Shown one piece after another: positions 1 to 10,477 of a stretch of DNA of 35,577 nt. Location of the stretch: positions 451,527 to 487,103 of the forward strand of contig BCKZ01000010.1 in NCBI GenBank assembly GCA_001600815.1, given 5' to 3'. This DNA comes from Alloascoidea hylecoeti. Taxonomy: Eukaryota. The notes under the pieces are model-generated. The model saw only the letters and a program-made list of their open reading frames with translations, had not been told where the DNA came from and made no database searches. The position numbers were made by a program, and so were the translations under genes. The stretch's first letter is position 1. Every line of letters starts with the position of its first letter.

Positions 1-2
1 CA

Positions 3-1475
3 TTAGGTCATGTTCAAAGAGGTGGAACAGCTGCAGCTTATGATAGAGTACTTGCTTCAATTCAAGCAGTTGAAGCAGTTCAATGTGTTTTAGAATCAAA
101 TCCTTCAATACCATCTCAAATGATAAGTATTATAAATAATTCAGTTTCTCGTGTTCCATTAATGAATGCAGTTAAAGAAACAAAACAAGTGGCAACTGCA
201 ATTGAAAATAAGGATTTTAAAAAAGCAATTTCTTTAAGAAGTCCTGATTTTATTGAACAATTAAAAAATTTTAAAATATTAAATACTGCTATAAATGAAA
301 ATAAAAGATATAAACATTTACATGGTGATTGTTTAAAAATTGCAATTGTTAATATTGGTGCTCCAGCTGGTGGTATGAATGCTGCAAATAGAGCAGCTGC
401 TGTTTATTGTTTATCAAGAGGTCATAAACCTTATGGAATATATAATGGATTTTCAGGTCTAACTCGTCATGAATCAATTAGAGAATTATCATGGTTGGAG
501 ATGGAAGATTGGGCAAGTCTTGGTGGATCAGAAATTGGTACAAATAGAGATACTCCTTTAAAAACAGATATTGGTATGATTGCTTATTATTTTAAAAAAT
601 ATCAAATTGATGGTTTAGTTATTGTTGGTGGATTTGAAGCATTTGCATCACTTGAACAATTAGAATCTCATAAAGATATTTATAATTCTTTTAATATACC
701 AATGGTTGTTATACCATGTACTTTATCAAATAATGTACCAGGTACTGAGGCAAGTATTGGTAATGATACATGTTTAAATGCTTTAATTAATTCATGTGAT
801 GTTATTAAATTAAGCGCAAGTGCAACAACAAGAAGAGTATTTGTTGTTGAAGTTCAAGGAGGTAATTGTGGATATGTTGCAACATATGGTGGATTAATTT
901 GTGGTGCAATTTCAGTTTATACACCAGAACAAGGAATTGATTTAAAAAGATTAGAATCTGATATTAAAGTACTTAATGAAGCATTTGATTATTCAAATGA
1001 AAGATATTCATCGTCAGGAAAAATGATAATTGCGAGTGAAAAGACATCAAAAGTTTTCACAACAGATGTCATTGCAAATTTAATAAAAGAAGAATCAAAA
1101 GGTCGTTATGATTGTAGAACAGCAGTTTTAGGTCATGGGCAACAAGGTACAAATCCATCACCATTAGATAGAATTAATGCTTCAAGACTTACAATTCGTG
1201 GTATTACATTTATTGAAAATCATTATAATTGTAAAATAAGAAAGCAAAATAAAAAACCAGTTGTAATTGATCATAATAATGGTGGATTTTTAACTATTGA
1301 TCCTTTACATGTTGTTATTGGTGTTGAATCTGGTGCATTAACTTTAAGTTCTGTTAGACAATTATGGGATTTTGAAACTGATTCTGTAAAAAGATGTCCA
1401 AAACATGGACATTGGAATAGAATATCCCAAATTTCAAATATTTTGGCTGGTAGAGGTTTACAATTTAATAAGTGA
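3..1475 (+). CDS. PFK2: 6-phosphofructokinase, beta-subunit-like (5'-partial; runs off the window start)
   Basis: The frame of the 120..1475 ORF is open back to base 3 (LGHVQRGGTAAAYDR). PFK motifs include GAPAGGMN, GGSEIGTNR, DIGMIAYYF, GGFEAF, TLSNNVPGTE and VEVQGGNCGY. The C-terminal RQLWDFET..KRCPK..HW resembles fungal Pfk2 more than Pfk1. Confidence 0.9.
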   Translation, partial: LGHVQRGGTAAAYDRVLASIQAVEAVQCVLESNPSIPSQMISIINNSVSRVPLMNAVKETKQVATAIENKDFKKAISLRSPDFIEQLKNFKILNTAINENKRYKHLHGDCLKIAIVNIGAPAGGMNAANRAAAVYCLSRGHKPYGIYNGFSGLTRHESIRELSWLEMEDWASLGGSEIGTNRDTPLKTDIGMIAYYFKKYQIDGLVIVGGFEAFASLEQLESHKDIYNSFNIPMVVIPCTLSNNVPGTEASIGNDTCLNALINSCDVIKLSASATTRRVFVVEVQGGNCGYVATYGGLICGAISVYTPEQGIDLKRLESDIKVLNEAFDYSNERYSSSGKMIIASEKTSKVFTTDVIANLIKEESKGRYDCRTAVLGHGQQGTNPSPLDRINASRLTIRGITFIENHYNCKIRKQNKKPVVIDHNNGGFLTIDPLHVVIGVESGALTLSSVRQLWDFETDSVKRCPKHGHWNRISQISNILAGRGLQFNK

Positions 1476-2631
1476 ATACTATAAGTTTATAACAATTGCA
1501 AATATAAAATATCAGATTACATATATTAATTATATCTTTTAGTTGTATACTTTCATTCATTGTAAACATTATTGTCAAATAATGTATTGTATATCGGGTT
1601 ATATGATCAACAATAAGTGGAAACATGTAGTGTTTATTCTAAGGTATAATTGCGGGATTGGACAGCCGATGATTAATACATCATATGGTCAACGTTGAGT
1701 AGAAACATTGTGTTGTTTCTTTCACTTTCGTAACCATCTTTTCTTATATGATTAATGTGTTAATTGAGTGAAGATGAAGGGATTAAAACTATTTATATGG
1801 CATACGAAATGATTTAAATGTTTCAGCAATGATATATTTATGAGTTTATGTTAAAACTAATGGATTAAAGACATGGCTTAAAGTGATTGATATCTATTAT
1901 GACCATTATTGAATTTAATGAAAATGCTTTAAAAACTAAATAAGTGATGGTCATTGGAACAGGAAATACACCATCAAACTATATTCTCGAATAATCCACA
2001 AGTGATTACAGCTATGATGATCCATTTTCTTCATAACTAGAAATTCAATTTGGAACCAAACCGCAGAAGTAGGTGGAGCTTTACTTCTAGTAAAGGAATA
2101 AATTTGGTTAGCGCCATCAATATTTAGTTAACAACATTTAGGCTAATAATGGTATAAACAAAGTCACTTCTTCTCCTTAGAAACCCTCTCTCCAGCTTTA
2201 AGATACATTGGTAAACAAAACTATTTCCCACGACTCTTAACTTCACTTCTTTTATATTTTTCTGTATAGGACAAACATAATAATACACTTTTACCTACAA
2301 TAAATATATATTTGTTTAATAATGAAATCTTCATTTCTTACAACAATAGCATTTGGTTTTTCGACTTTTCTCTCTTTTATCAAAAGATGTGTATCATATC
2401 ACCGCCATCAGTTTAAAAAGCAGCTCAATTTGCTTTTCTAATGGTTGTTGAATGTTTTTGAAAATCTTGTGGAAAATGATTTTGAAGAAGCTTCGGAATC
2501 TATGGATGAAAATAATGATTAAGAACTTGTCGGAACAAATGATTATAAATACATTTTTCAATGTTTAATGATTATAAATTAATGAAAGTGTTGTTACATG
2601 CATAAGTTATGTTGAAGATAGTGATCCTTTG

Positions 2632-2839
2632 AACTAAATATTCGGCCATATTTTATTTGTAAATTTAGCTATACGTTGCATTTGGTATTAGGCTACGCTG
2701 ACTGCTAATTATTGACCATCCCAATAATTAAATTTCGGCCACATTATTACCGACATAACCCGTTCATATGCAGGGCTCTGGAACAACCTCGGGTGCTACA
2801 CCCGGCCGAAATTAAGCAATGTTTATGGCCAAAATTAAG
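2632..2839. repeat. Cluster of four GGCC(G/A)AAATTAA-like motifs, two per strand; possible DNA-transposon end remnants
   Basis: AACTAAATATTCGGCC 2632-2647, TTAAATTTCGGCC 2728-2740, GGCCGAAATTAAG 2804-2816 and GGCCAAAATTAAG 2827-2839. The third is preceded by TA-CACCC. Confidence 0.4.
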
Positions 2840-3614
2840 TGAATTGACTGTGCAACTTTGGACTAACGATTTATTAGTGTCAAGCGAAATACGCCACCAA
2901 CTCAATGGTGTAACTAAAATATTGGGGGAAAATACAATACTTAATTAACCATTTGTTAGCTAGCCATATATATGCATTAATTGGAAGACAAAGTGCACTG
3001 AAATCACTAATCATAATCAACTTTTATACATCTAGCTGATTGGTTCTCATATAAGTGATGAGGTCTTAAACAAATAGGTTTTAGAGTAATAACTTCTGAG
3101 TTAGTTACTAATTAATTATAAGTAAATTTCTATGAAGATCTATAGATAATACTTTGATTTTATTTTAATTCGCGAATAATCTCTATTCTAAGGTACCATC
3201 TGGTTTATCTTCACCTGTACCATTAACAAACGCTCATCCGCCAGTTTGTAACTCGCCTGTGTCATCTTCTGTTACCCCTGATCATGATACCCCTGGTAAA
3301 TTGGCTCTCGCACCAGAATTAGCAGTGGTTCATGCAATTATAATGGTCCAACCGAAGGTTCAATCTACTTGGTGGCCCATTCAATGGTTTAACCCATGAT
3401 CCGCCCAACTCATCTGGATCTACTAGCTAGTAATCTAGATGAAATAGTTAACAATATAAACATGTAATATCTTAAACTAATAAATTTAAATGTAGATATA
3501 GATAACAAAGCATCAATGTCATAAAATAAAAAAAGCAAACAAACAAACAGATTTGATTTATTTAAAAGAAAGAAATTTAACGTAATTCAAAATTAATAAA
3601 AGTATTTAAATTTT

Positions 3615-4244
3615 TTAAGTAGTTGTAGAATTAACTCTTGCCAATTGAGCTTCTTTATCCATATCATTTTTTGATTGTAATAAAGATAAATCATCCTCTA
3701 AATCCTTTGAACTAATTGTATCCGTTGGTTTAGTATTAATACTAGTTGAAGAAGGATTTCGAGGTTCAGAGGTTGAGTCTGTATCATTATTTCTATTTAA
3801 AGCATGACCTGTTCGTAATAATCTAATTTTATCATTTAAAGTGAAAGGAGGGGCAGTTGGTATATTTGGAGTTTGATTGTTTGTTGAAGTTGTTGAATAA
3901 TTTGTACTATCTTCAGTATTAGTAGATGAAATTGATTTTGAGTCATTATTGTAAACGTGGGGAGAATAAGAGGACAACAGAGAAGTGGTATAGGGCTGGA
4001 AGCCAGGAACTCTGTGGATTCTTTTACCCTCCACGCCATCTTTCGTTGCAGTGGTGGACAGTCCTGAGGTGGTGGAGCACCTGGACAGGGGGCGGGATGG
4101 GGGGCGGGAAACTGGAAGGACCGGGGAGTTCTGGTAGTCAGAGTCTGAGCAGACGGATGCGGCCGTCGAGGAGATTATGAGCGATGGAGTCTGCACTTGC
4201 AGGGAGCCGGCGGCCAAAGAGTCTTGGTTCAAATTGGAATTCAT
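3615..4244 (-). CDS. Ser/Thr-rich uncharacterised protein, YER079W-like
   Basis: 209-aa ATG ORF. The motif SRCSTTSGLSTTATKDGVEG..PY..SLL resembles the conserved block recalled for S. cerevisiae YER079W (SGCSITSGAS..ATKDGIQG). It lies near ICP55 (YER078C) and an MRX1-like (YER077C) gene. Confidence 0.7.
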   Translation of the reverse strand: MNSNLNQDSLAAGSLQVQTPSLIISSTAASVCSDSDYQNSPVLPVSRPPSRPLSRCSTTSGLSTTATKDGVEGKRIHRVPGFQPYTTSLLSSYSPHVYNNDSKSISSTNTEDSTNYSTTSTNNQTPNIPTAPPFTLNDKIRLLRTGHALNRNNDTDSTSEPRNPSSTSINTKPTDTISSKDLEDDLSLLQSKNDMDKEAQLARVNSTTT

Positions 4245-4362
4245 TTTGTTTTGTGCTTGAATAATAATAATATGTAAAGCAACTCAAATAAACTTTGGGC
4301 CTGTTCGATATGACCGCATGACTAAGAATGCTAGCTGGATTATGTAAGGACGTGTGTCGCTG

Positions 4363-4384
4363 ATCACATGAACGTATCACGTGA
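4363..4384. promoter_or_regulatory. Two RTCACRTG (Cbf1/bHLH-type) sites
   Basis: ATCACATG 4363-4370 and ATCACGTGA 4376-4384, between the YER079W-like start and the tRNA. Confidence 0.5.
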
Positions 4385-4407
4385 GTGTGCGTGTGGTGCC
4401 CAGAGTT

Positions 4408-4490
4408 GGAGGGTTGGCCGAGTGGTCTAAGGCGGCAGACTTAAGATCTGCTGGACGTTGTCCGCGCGAGTTCGAACCTCGCATCCTTCA
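4408..4490 (+). tRNA. tRNA-Leu(UAA), intronless, long variable arm
   Basis: Acceptor stem GGAGGGT..ATCCTTC-A, A box TGGCCGAGTGG, anticodon arm GCAGA-CT-TAA-GA-TCTGC (anticodon 4442-4444) and B box GTTCGAACC. T-runs just downstream fit a Pol III terminator. Confidence 0.97.
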
Positions 4491-4783
4491 TTATTCTTTT
4501 TATTTTTACTTTTCCTGTTTCCCCGGGAGAAAGCATACCGAACTTCCGGAATATTAATGATAAAGAATCGAGATATCGATATTAAACATTCAAGAGTTCT
4601 TTATTTTTGGGTAAATTATCGATCATTATTGATAGAGATCACATCTTTGTTTTCATTGTATTATTCGTCGGGTTTATATTTTGTTAAAGTTCACAACACT
4701 CTTTCATGTTGTGGGTGATAAAAGTATATAAACCTTCGAATCCCCCCTTCTCTCCTTTCTTTCTCCATATCACTCTTCTAGAA

Positions 4784-6851
4784 ATGTCCACCCTCACTGC
4801 AACAAAAGTGTCTTCAACTACCTCCTTACGTCTTCTAAACACACTCTTAACGGTGTCCTTTGGTTGCTTAGCGTTTCTAAGGGGGTTATTTCCTGATGAT
4901 TCTTTTGTGGACCAACGTTATGTTGCTTCACCAGACTCAAATAGTAAACGTAATTCAATTAGAATTAAATCTATTTCAAGAGGCGCAACAAAAGAATCTG
5001 ATATTTATTTAGATTGGCTCGAACAAGGTGTTTTCCATGCTGTTGCAAATAAATATCTACGTGCTTTAGTTTTATCTATATTTGAAGATCCTTCAAAACC
5101 TGAAAATATAATTGAATCTTATACTTTTTCTTTCATTTATTCAAACGATTCTTCTGATTTTAAATTAAAATTAAATGATATTGATTTATCATTGGATGAT
5201 GCAAGGAAATCTTTACAATTATTAATGAGAAGATTTATATTAATAACTCAATCTTTACAACCATTACCTGATAAGAAATTTTTATCTATGCATATGTTAT
5301 TTAATGATAATTGTCCATTGGATTATCAACCTCCGCATTTTAAAGATGCTTCTGATGAAAAAACTCCTTTCTTTACTGGTTGTGTTGATGAACATATTGC
5401 TGGATGCTTAAAAACTCCTTATCATTCGTATGTTTCATCCATATGATTATGATACCCGCTATTTTAAATATTAACTAATATTATATATCTATAGTGTTTC
5501 TGTTAAAGTTATGACATTACCGGAGTTTGATGAAGATACTACAATGAATTTGAATACCAGTATAAGTACAAATGATCCATTTTGTGAAAATATACCAATT
5601 ACAAGAACAACAACTTCTAATAATATTGAAGAAGATGTGAAAAAGGATAAAAATGAAAGTGAATTAAAATTAAAATCTTATTTACAAAATTCAAAATTTA
5701 AAGAAGATGATATTTGTTCTACTCAAGTAGATGAAGAAATACAAAATCATAATAATGATTTAATCTTAAATGAAAATTTAAATTGTCATTGTGATTCCAA
5801 ATTTGAGATATCAAATTTAAACTCAGATTCAAATGAAATTGAAAATTTATTAAAATGTACAAAATGTTTTAAATTATATCATAAACAATGTTATGGATAT
5901 TCTACAAGATCAAATATTTCAACATCAATTAATAAAATAAATCTAAAATTTTCATGTTATAATTGTTTATCAATTGATTTATCAAAAATTCCTAAATTTT
6001 ATTTTCTTTTTAAAAAAATCTTTTTAGTTTTAACTGAAGATGGTTTACCTAATAAATTATCATTTTTACATACCAATATTTGTGGATTTTCTTTACCAAA
6101 TGATAATAATAATAATAAAAATGATATCAATGATAAAAATTTAAAGACAATAATTAATATTATTAATATTTTAATTGAATTAAATTTCTTAAAATTAATT
6201 GAAACTGAAAATAAAAATGAATTTAATAAATCATCTAAAAAAAAAATATCATCAAGAAATCTTCCAAATAGAGAAAGAAAAGTAAATTTTGATATATCAG
6301 GTATAAAAGATAAATCTGGTAAATTGTTATCATTAAAGGAATATAATTGTATTTGGATACCAAGAAATTATAAACAAAATTTAACTTTAAAAAATGGTAT
6401 AAATTATTCAGAATTAACATTAATTAGACAATTATTATTTGCTAAATTAAATTGGAATAAAGTTCAATGGAGTTTAGAAGCATTATCAGTAATTTATAAT
6501 GAAATGATTAAACAAAATAAATCTAAAGATGATAATGTTATTCAAGTTTTAGAATCTCAAGATCAAGATCAAGACATTAGCAATAATGTTAGAGCAATGT
6601 CAAAATTAAATCTTGATGATGATAGTAATAATGTTTCTAAGAAAAGGCCATTGGATAATGATTATAATGAAAAAGTAATTGAAGAATCAAGTCAAATTGT
6701 TAGTGAAGATGATCCATGTGGTTTTTTAGAATTAATAAAGAATAACAAAGATACAAATGATGATGATGATAAGAATAATGGGGATAAGAAAATCATTAAA
6801 AAGAAGAAAATTAGCGTAACAAAACAAAATTTAGCTACAATCGCTTTGTGA
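4784..6851 (+). CDS. HOP1: Meiotic HORMA-domain axis protein Hop1; exons 4784-5427 and 5495-6851
   Basis: HORMA motifs SFGCLAFLRGLFPDDSF, WLEQGVF, LITQSLQPLP and YQPPHF. Intron GTATGT(5428)..AACTAAT..TAG(5494) joins the two ORFs in frame (YHS/VSVKVM). A PHD-like Cys/His cluster (CHC..CTKC..HKQC..CYNC) and a C-terminal KKISV closure-like motif follow. TATATAAA at ~4725 favours the ATG at 4784. Confidence 0.92.
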
Positions 6852-6957
6852 TATTAATAAATAATTTGTATATCATTAGCTATAAATATTTATATGCAAT
6901 TTTGTTTTATTATAATTTAAAATTTATCTAAAAAATCTAAAAATCTAAAAATTTAAA

Positions 6958-8681
6958 ATGTTCCTTCACCAGTTCGTTCGTCCCAACTTAATAAAAATGC
7001 CTGGTGTTAGATTCTCAATCCCAAAATCCTTTCCTAAAACATGTTTAACGACACCTTCTACTAATTCTCTTCGAGCATTATCATCTAGACATATTCAATC
7101 TCTTTGGAATATTAATTTTAATGGCAGTGATAATGGGACGAGAGAATTTTCAAATAATAGTTTCCTTGGAATAGATGCCGGACAACCGATTTTTGAAACC
7201 CGACCCCATTTATTGACATCCGGAGAACGTAAGTGACCTCCTTTCTCCAAAATGAAAAGATATAATTTATCTAACTTTGATATTATTATCAAAAAACAGT
7301 TACACCAGGTATAACAGCACTTGAATATTTTGAAAGGAGATTAAGATTATCATATCATTTACCAAAAAAATCAATAGCTATTGTAATTGGTTCAAATATT
7401 AAATTTGCAACTAAATCTGTATTTTATGAATTTATTCAAAATCCTGATTTTTATTATTTATCTGGTTTTTTAGAACCTGATTCAATATTAATAATTGAAA
7501 AAACAGATAGTTCAAATATTGATGATGAAATTATATTTCATATGTTTGTACCACCAAAAGATCCAAAAATTGAACAATGGGAAGGTATTAAAACAGGTAT
7601 TGAAGGTACAAAAGAAATTTTTAATGCTGATGAAGTCTATTCAAATGATAATAAATCAATAAATTTAAAATTAAATGAAATTATAAATAGAAATGATACA
7701 ATTTATATTGATTCAAATTCTAAGACGAATAGTAATAATAACAAGAATTTTTTTACAAATTTTTTTAATATTGATAATGATGAAAAATTAAAACAATTTA
7801 ATACAACAATAAATGATTTATTAATTAAATCTAAAAAATCAATTAAACCATTATCACCAATAATAACACCATTAAGAACAATTAAATCAAACTCTGAAAT
7901 TTCAATAATGAGAAAAGCTGGTAGAATTTCTGGTAGAGCATATAATCAAGTTTATGCAAATTTAAAAGATTTAAAAACAGAAAGAGATTTACAAGCTTTA
8001 TTAGAATATCATTTTAAAAGAGGTGGTTGTGAAACAAATGCTTATTTCCCAGTTGTTGCATCTGGTGATAATGCAAGAACAATTCATTATGTTAGAAATG
8101 ATGATTTATTAAAAAATGGTGATATGGTACTTGTTGATGCTGCTGGTAGATTAGGTGGTTATTGTTCAGATATTAGTAGAACATGGCCAAATAATGGAAA
8201 GTTTACAACTGAACAAGCTGAATTATATGATGCTGTTTTACATGTTGAAAGAGAATGTATTAAATTATGTTCTGTTGATAAACAATTATCATTACAAGGT
8301 ATTCATAGTATAAGTGAAGATTTAATGTTTGAATCTTTAAAGAAGTTGGGATTTAAATTTGGTACGAAATGGGAAATGTGTCAAGTTGTTTATCCACATT
8401 ATATTGGTCATAATCTTGGTTTAGATGTTCATGATGTTCCAGGAGCAAGTAGACATACATTATTACAACAAAATCAAGTTATTACAATTGAACCCGGTGT
8501 ATATATTCCTCATAATGATTCAAGATGCCCTAAAAGATTTTGGGGTATGGGAATAAGAATTGAAGATGATGTTGCCGTTGGCAAAGAATCAATGATGGTA
8601 TTAACTAGTGAAGCTGCAAAAGAAATTGATGATATTGAATTTATTGCAGAAAATGGAATTTCTACTCCTGAATTGAAATAG
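6958..8681 (+). CDS. ICP55: Mitochondrial intermediate cleaving peptidase (Xaa-Pro aminopeptidase, M24B); exons 6958-7228 and 7300-8681
   Basis: Basic presequence-like N-terminus. GQPIFETRPHLL.GE/LTPGITALEYFERR spans intron GTAAGT(7229)..CTAAC..CAG(7299) in frame. M24 metal motifs: LVDAAG, SDISRTWP, HYIGHNLGLDVHD, TIEPG, IRIEDD. The start could be 6958 or 6997. Confidence 0.95.
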
Positions 8682-8727
8682 ATGATTATAAATATGTAAA
8701 TAGATATATAAAATTAAATACGTTCTT

Positions 8728-10333
8728 TTAGTTCTTAGCAGAACCAATTATAGAACCAATAACAGTATCAATTTTCACAGCTTTTTCAACTTCTCCAATA
8801 GTATCTTCTAATTTATTAAATAGTCTTTCTTGGTTTTTATCCTTTGAATCATTATTAACAAAAGAAAAAACTTCATCAATAACATCATATCTAAGATTTA
8901 ATTTTAAAACTTTTATTAATGCTAATATTTCATCTGTAACTTGCGGTGCTATTAAAGCATTTAAATTTAAACATTGAACAATTTGTTTTGATGATATTCT
9001 TTTAAATGGTGTTAAAAATTGAATATAAACTCTTTCTCTTATTAATTTTAATAAATGATCATAAACTTTTGATAAATAACAATCAATCGGTTTAATTTTT
9101 TTATTATTTTTTTCATAATATGAAATAATTATTTCATTCATATGTAATTTTTTTAAAAAAATTTTGAAATTTGATGTTGTATATAATAATAATAATTCAT
9201 TTAATTCATTACTTAAAGTATTATCATTTAATTCATCAATTAATAATTTAAATGATAAATTCTTATTTAATAACTTTAATTCATTTAATGATAAACTTGA
9301 TAAAGCTGATAAAGTCATAAACAATAATAAATCATCTTTTGTTAAATTAATAATATTATTATTTAATTCATTATCAAATTCATTAATTAAAAAAATTTCA
9401 AAATTTTCATCTTCTAATAATTTTAAAAATCTAGTTATTGAATCAAGATATAATTTTTTACAAAATAACGAAATAATTGAATAGATTTCAAGTTTCCAAT
9501 AAAATTTTGTTACGATATTTTTTTGTTCATCTGTAAAATTATTTGATAAAATTGTTTCCGTACAGATTTGTTCAAATCTTTTTGATTGCGCTAAAACACC
9601 ATTCCAATTCTTATCTGATAAATGAATTTGTGATATTTTATGAATTGTTATACTTGAGTCAATTGTTCTATAACCAGCAATCATTAAATTAGCATCATTT
9701 ATTCTATTGATAATACGAATAGAATTTGGAATATCATTTTTTAATACATTTAATGATGATAATTCATCAATTTTTTGTAATAATGTTTCCCTGAGATTAG
9801 GTATTTTTTCACTTGATAATTGATGTTGATCTTGTATTAATGCTTTAATCTGGAGTTCTAAAGTTAACATATTTTGTTTTGTTTGTTCTGTCAATTTGGT
9901 AGCCCAATTTGATGAGTGATTATTTATAAAATTTGATAAAATTGGGTCATTAATAGATGAATTTATTCTTTTTAAATGAGATAAGAAATAATCATAATGA
10001 AGAGAACTTATAACTTCATTGGTTTCAAAAAATTCAATTCCCTTTTTAGCAGCTATAATAGATAATTGTTGACCTTCTGGAGTTATATTATATTTTACAC
10101 TTTCACAAATGAGCATCAGCCTATCGATAATAGTTCGTCCTGTTTTAAATATTAGAAATTTATAATTGTGATATTGATGATAATTTCCCCCTGTTTCTTA
10201 CCTTTATAACAGGACAGATAACTATCCACATCAAAGTTTTGATCTAGATCATAAGTAACACATTAGTTGATATTCTTACATCCTTCAAAAGATGAACATA
10301 TATTTCCTTACCAAATCCAGCTCTAATATCCAT
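8728..10333 (-). CDS. PCI8: COP9 signalosome Csn1/Pci8-like PCI-domain protein; exons 10333-10312, 10243-10202 and 10139-8728
   Basis: Two introns (10311-10244 GTAAGG..AACTAAT..TAG; 10201-10140 GTAAGA..CTAAT..CAG) give the N-terminus MDIRAGFDQNFDVDSYLSCYKGRTIIDRLML, matching the Csn1 FD..Y..Y.GRT..RL pattern. The C-terminal DCYLSK..LLKLIRER..QFLTPFKRI is PCI-like. PCI8 neighbours HOP1 in S. cerevisiae. Confidence 0.75.
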
Positions 10334-10386
10334 AATTGTGAAGTTGGTGAAGAAGAAGAAAAGAAGGTGTAAATAATAGTAACAAA

Positions 10387-10394
10387 CACGTGAT
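10387..10394 (-). promoter_or_regulatory. RTCACGTG site in the 144-bp divergent promoter
   Basis: CACGTGAT between the ATGs at 10333(-) and 10478(+). Confidence 0.4.
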
Positions 10395-10477
10395 ACGATG
10401 ATTACTAACTTATTTATTATTTCATATTTTTCAAATTTTTAACATCAAATTTAAATTTAAAGTAAAAAAATATATAA

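Noticed and set aside
4363..4384. CDEI of a point centromere (also 10387 and 30480)
   Set aside because: No CDEII AT tract followed by a recognisable CDEIII. The sites sit in promoter or tRNA-flanking positions.
4458..4783. ORF 4458..4718 and the 4706 start for HOP1
   Set aside because: The first starts at a non-ATG codon inside the tRNA. The 4706 extension spans a TATA box and pyrimidine-rich leader, so 4784 is preferred.
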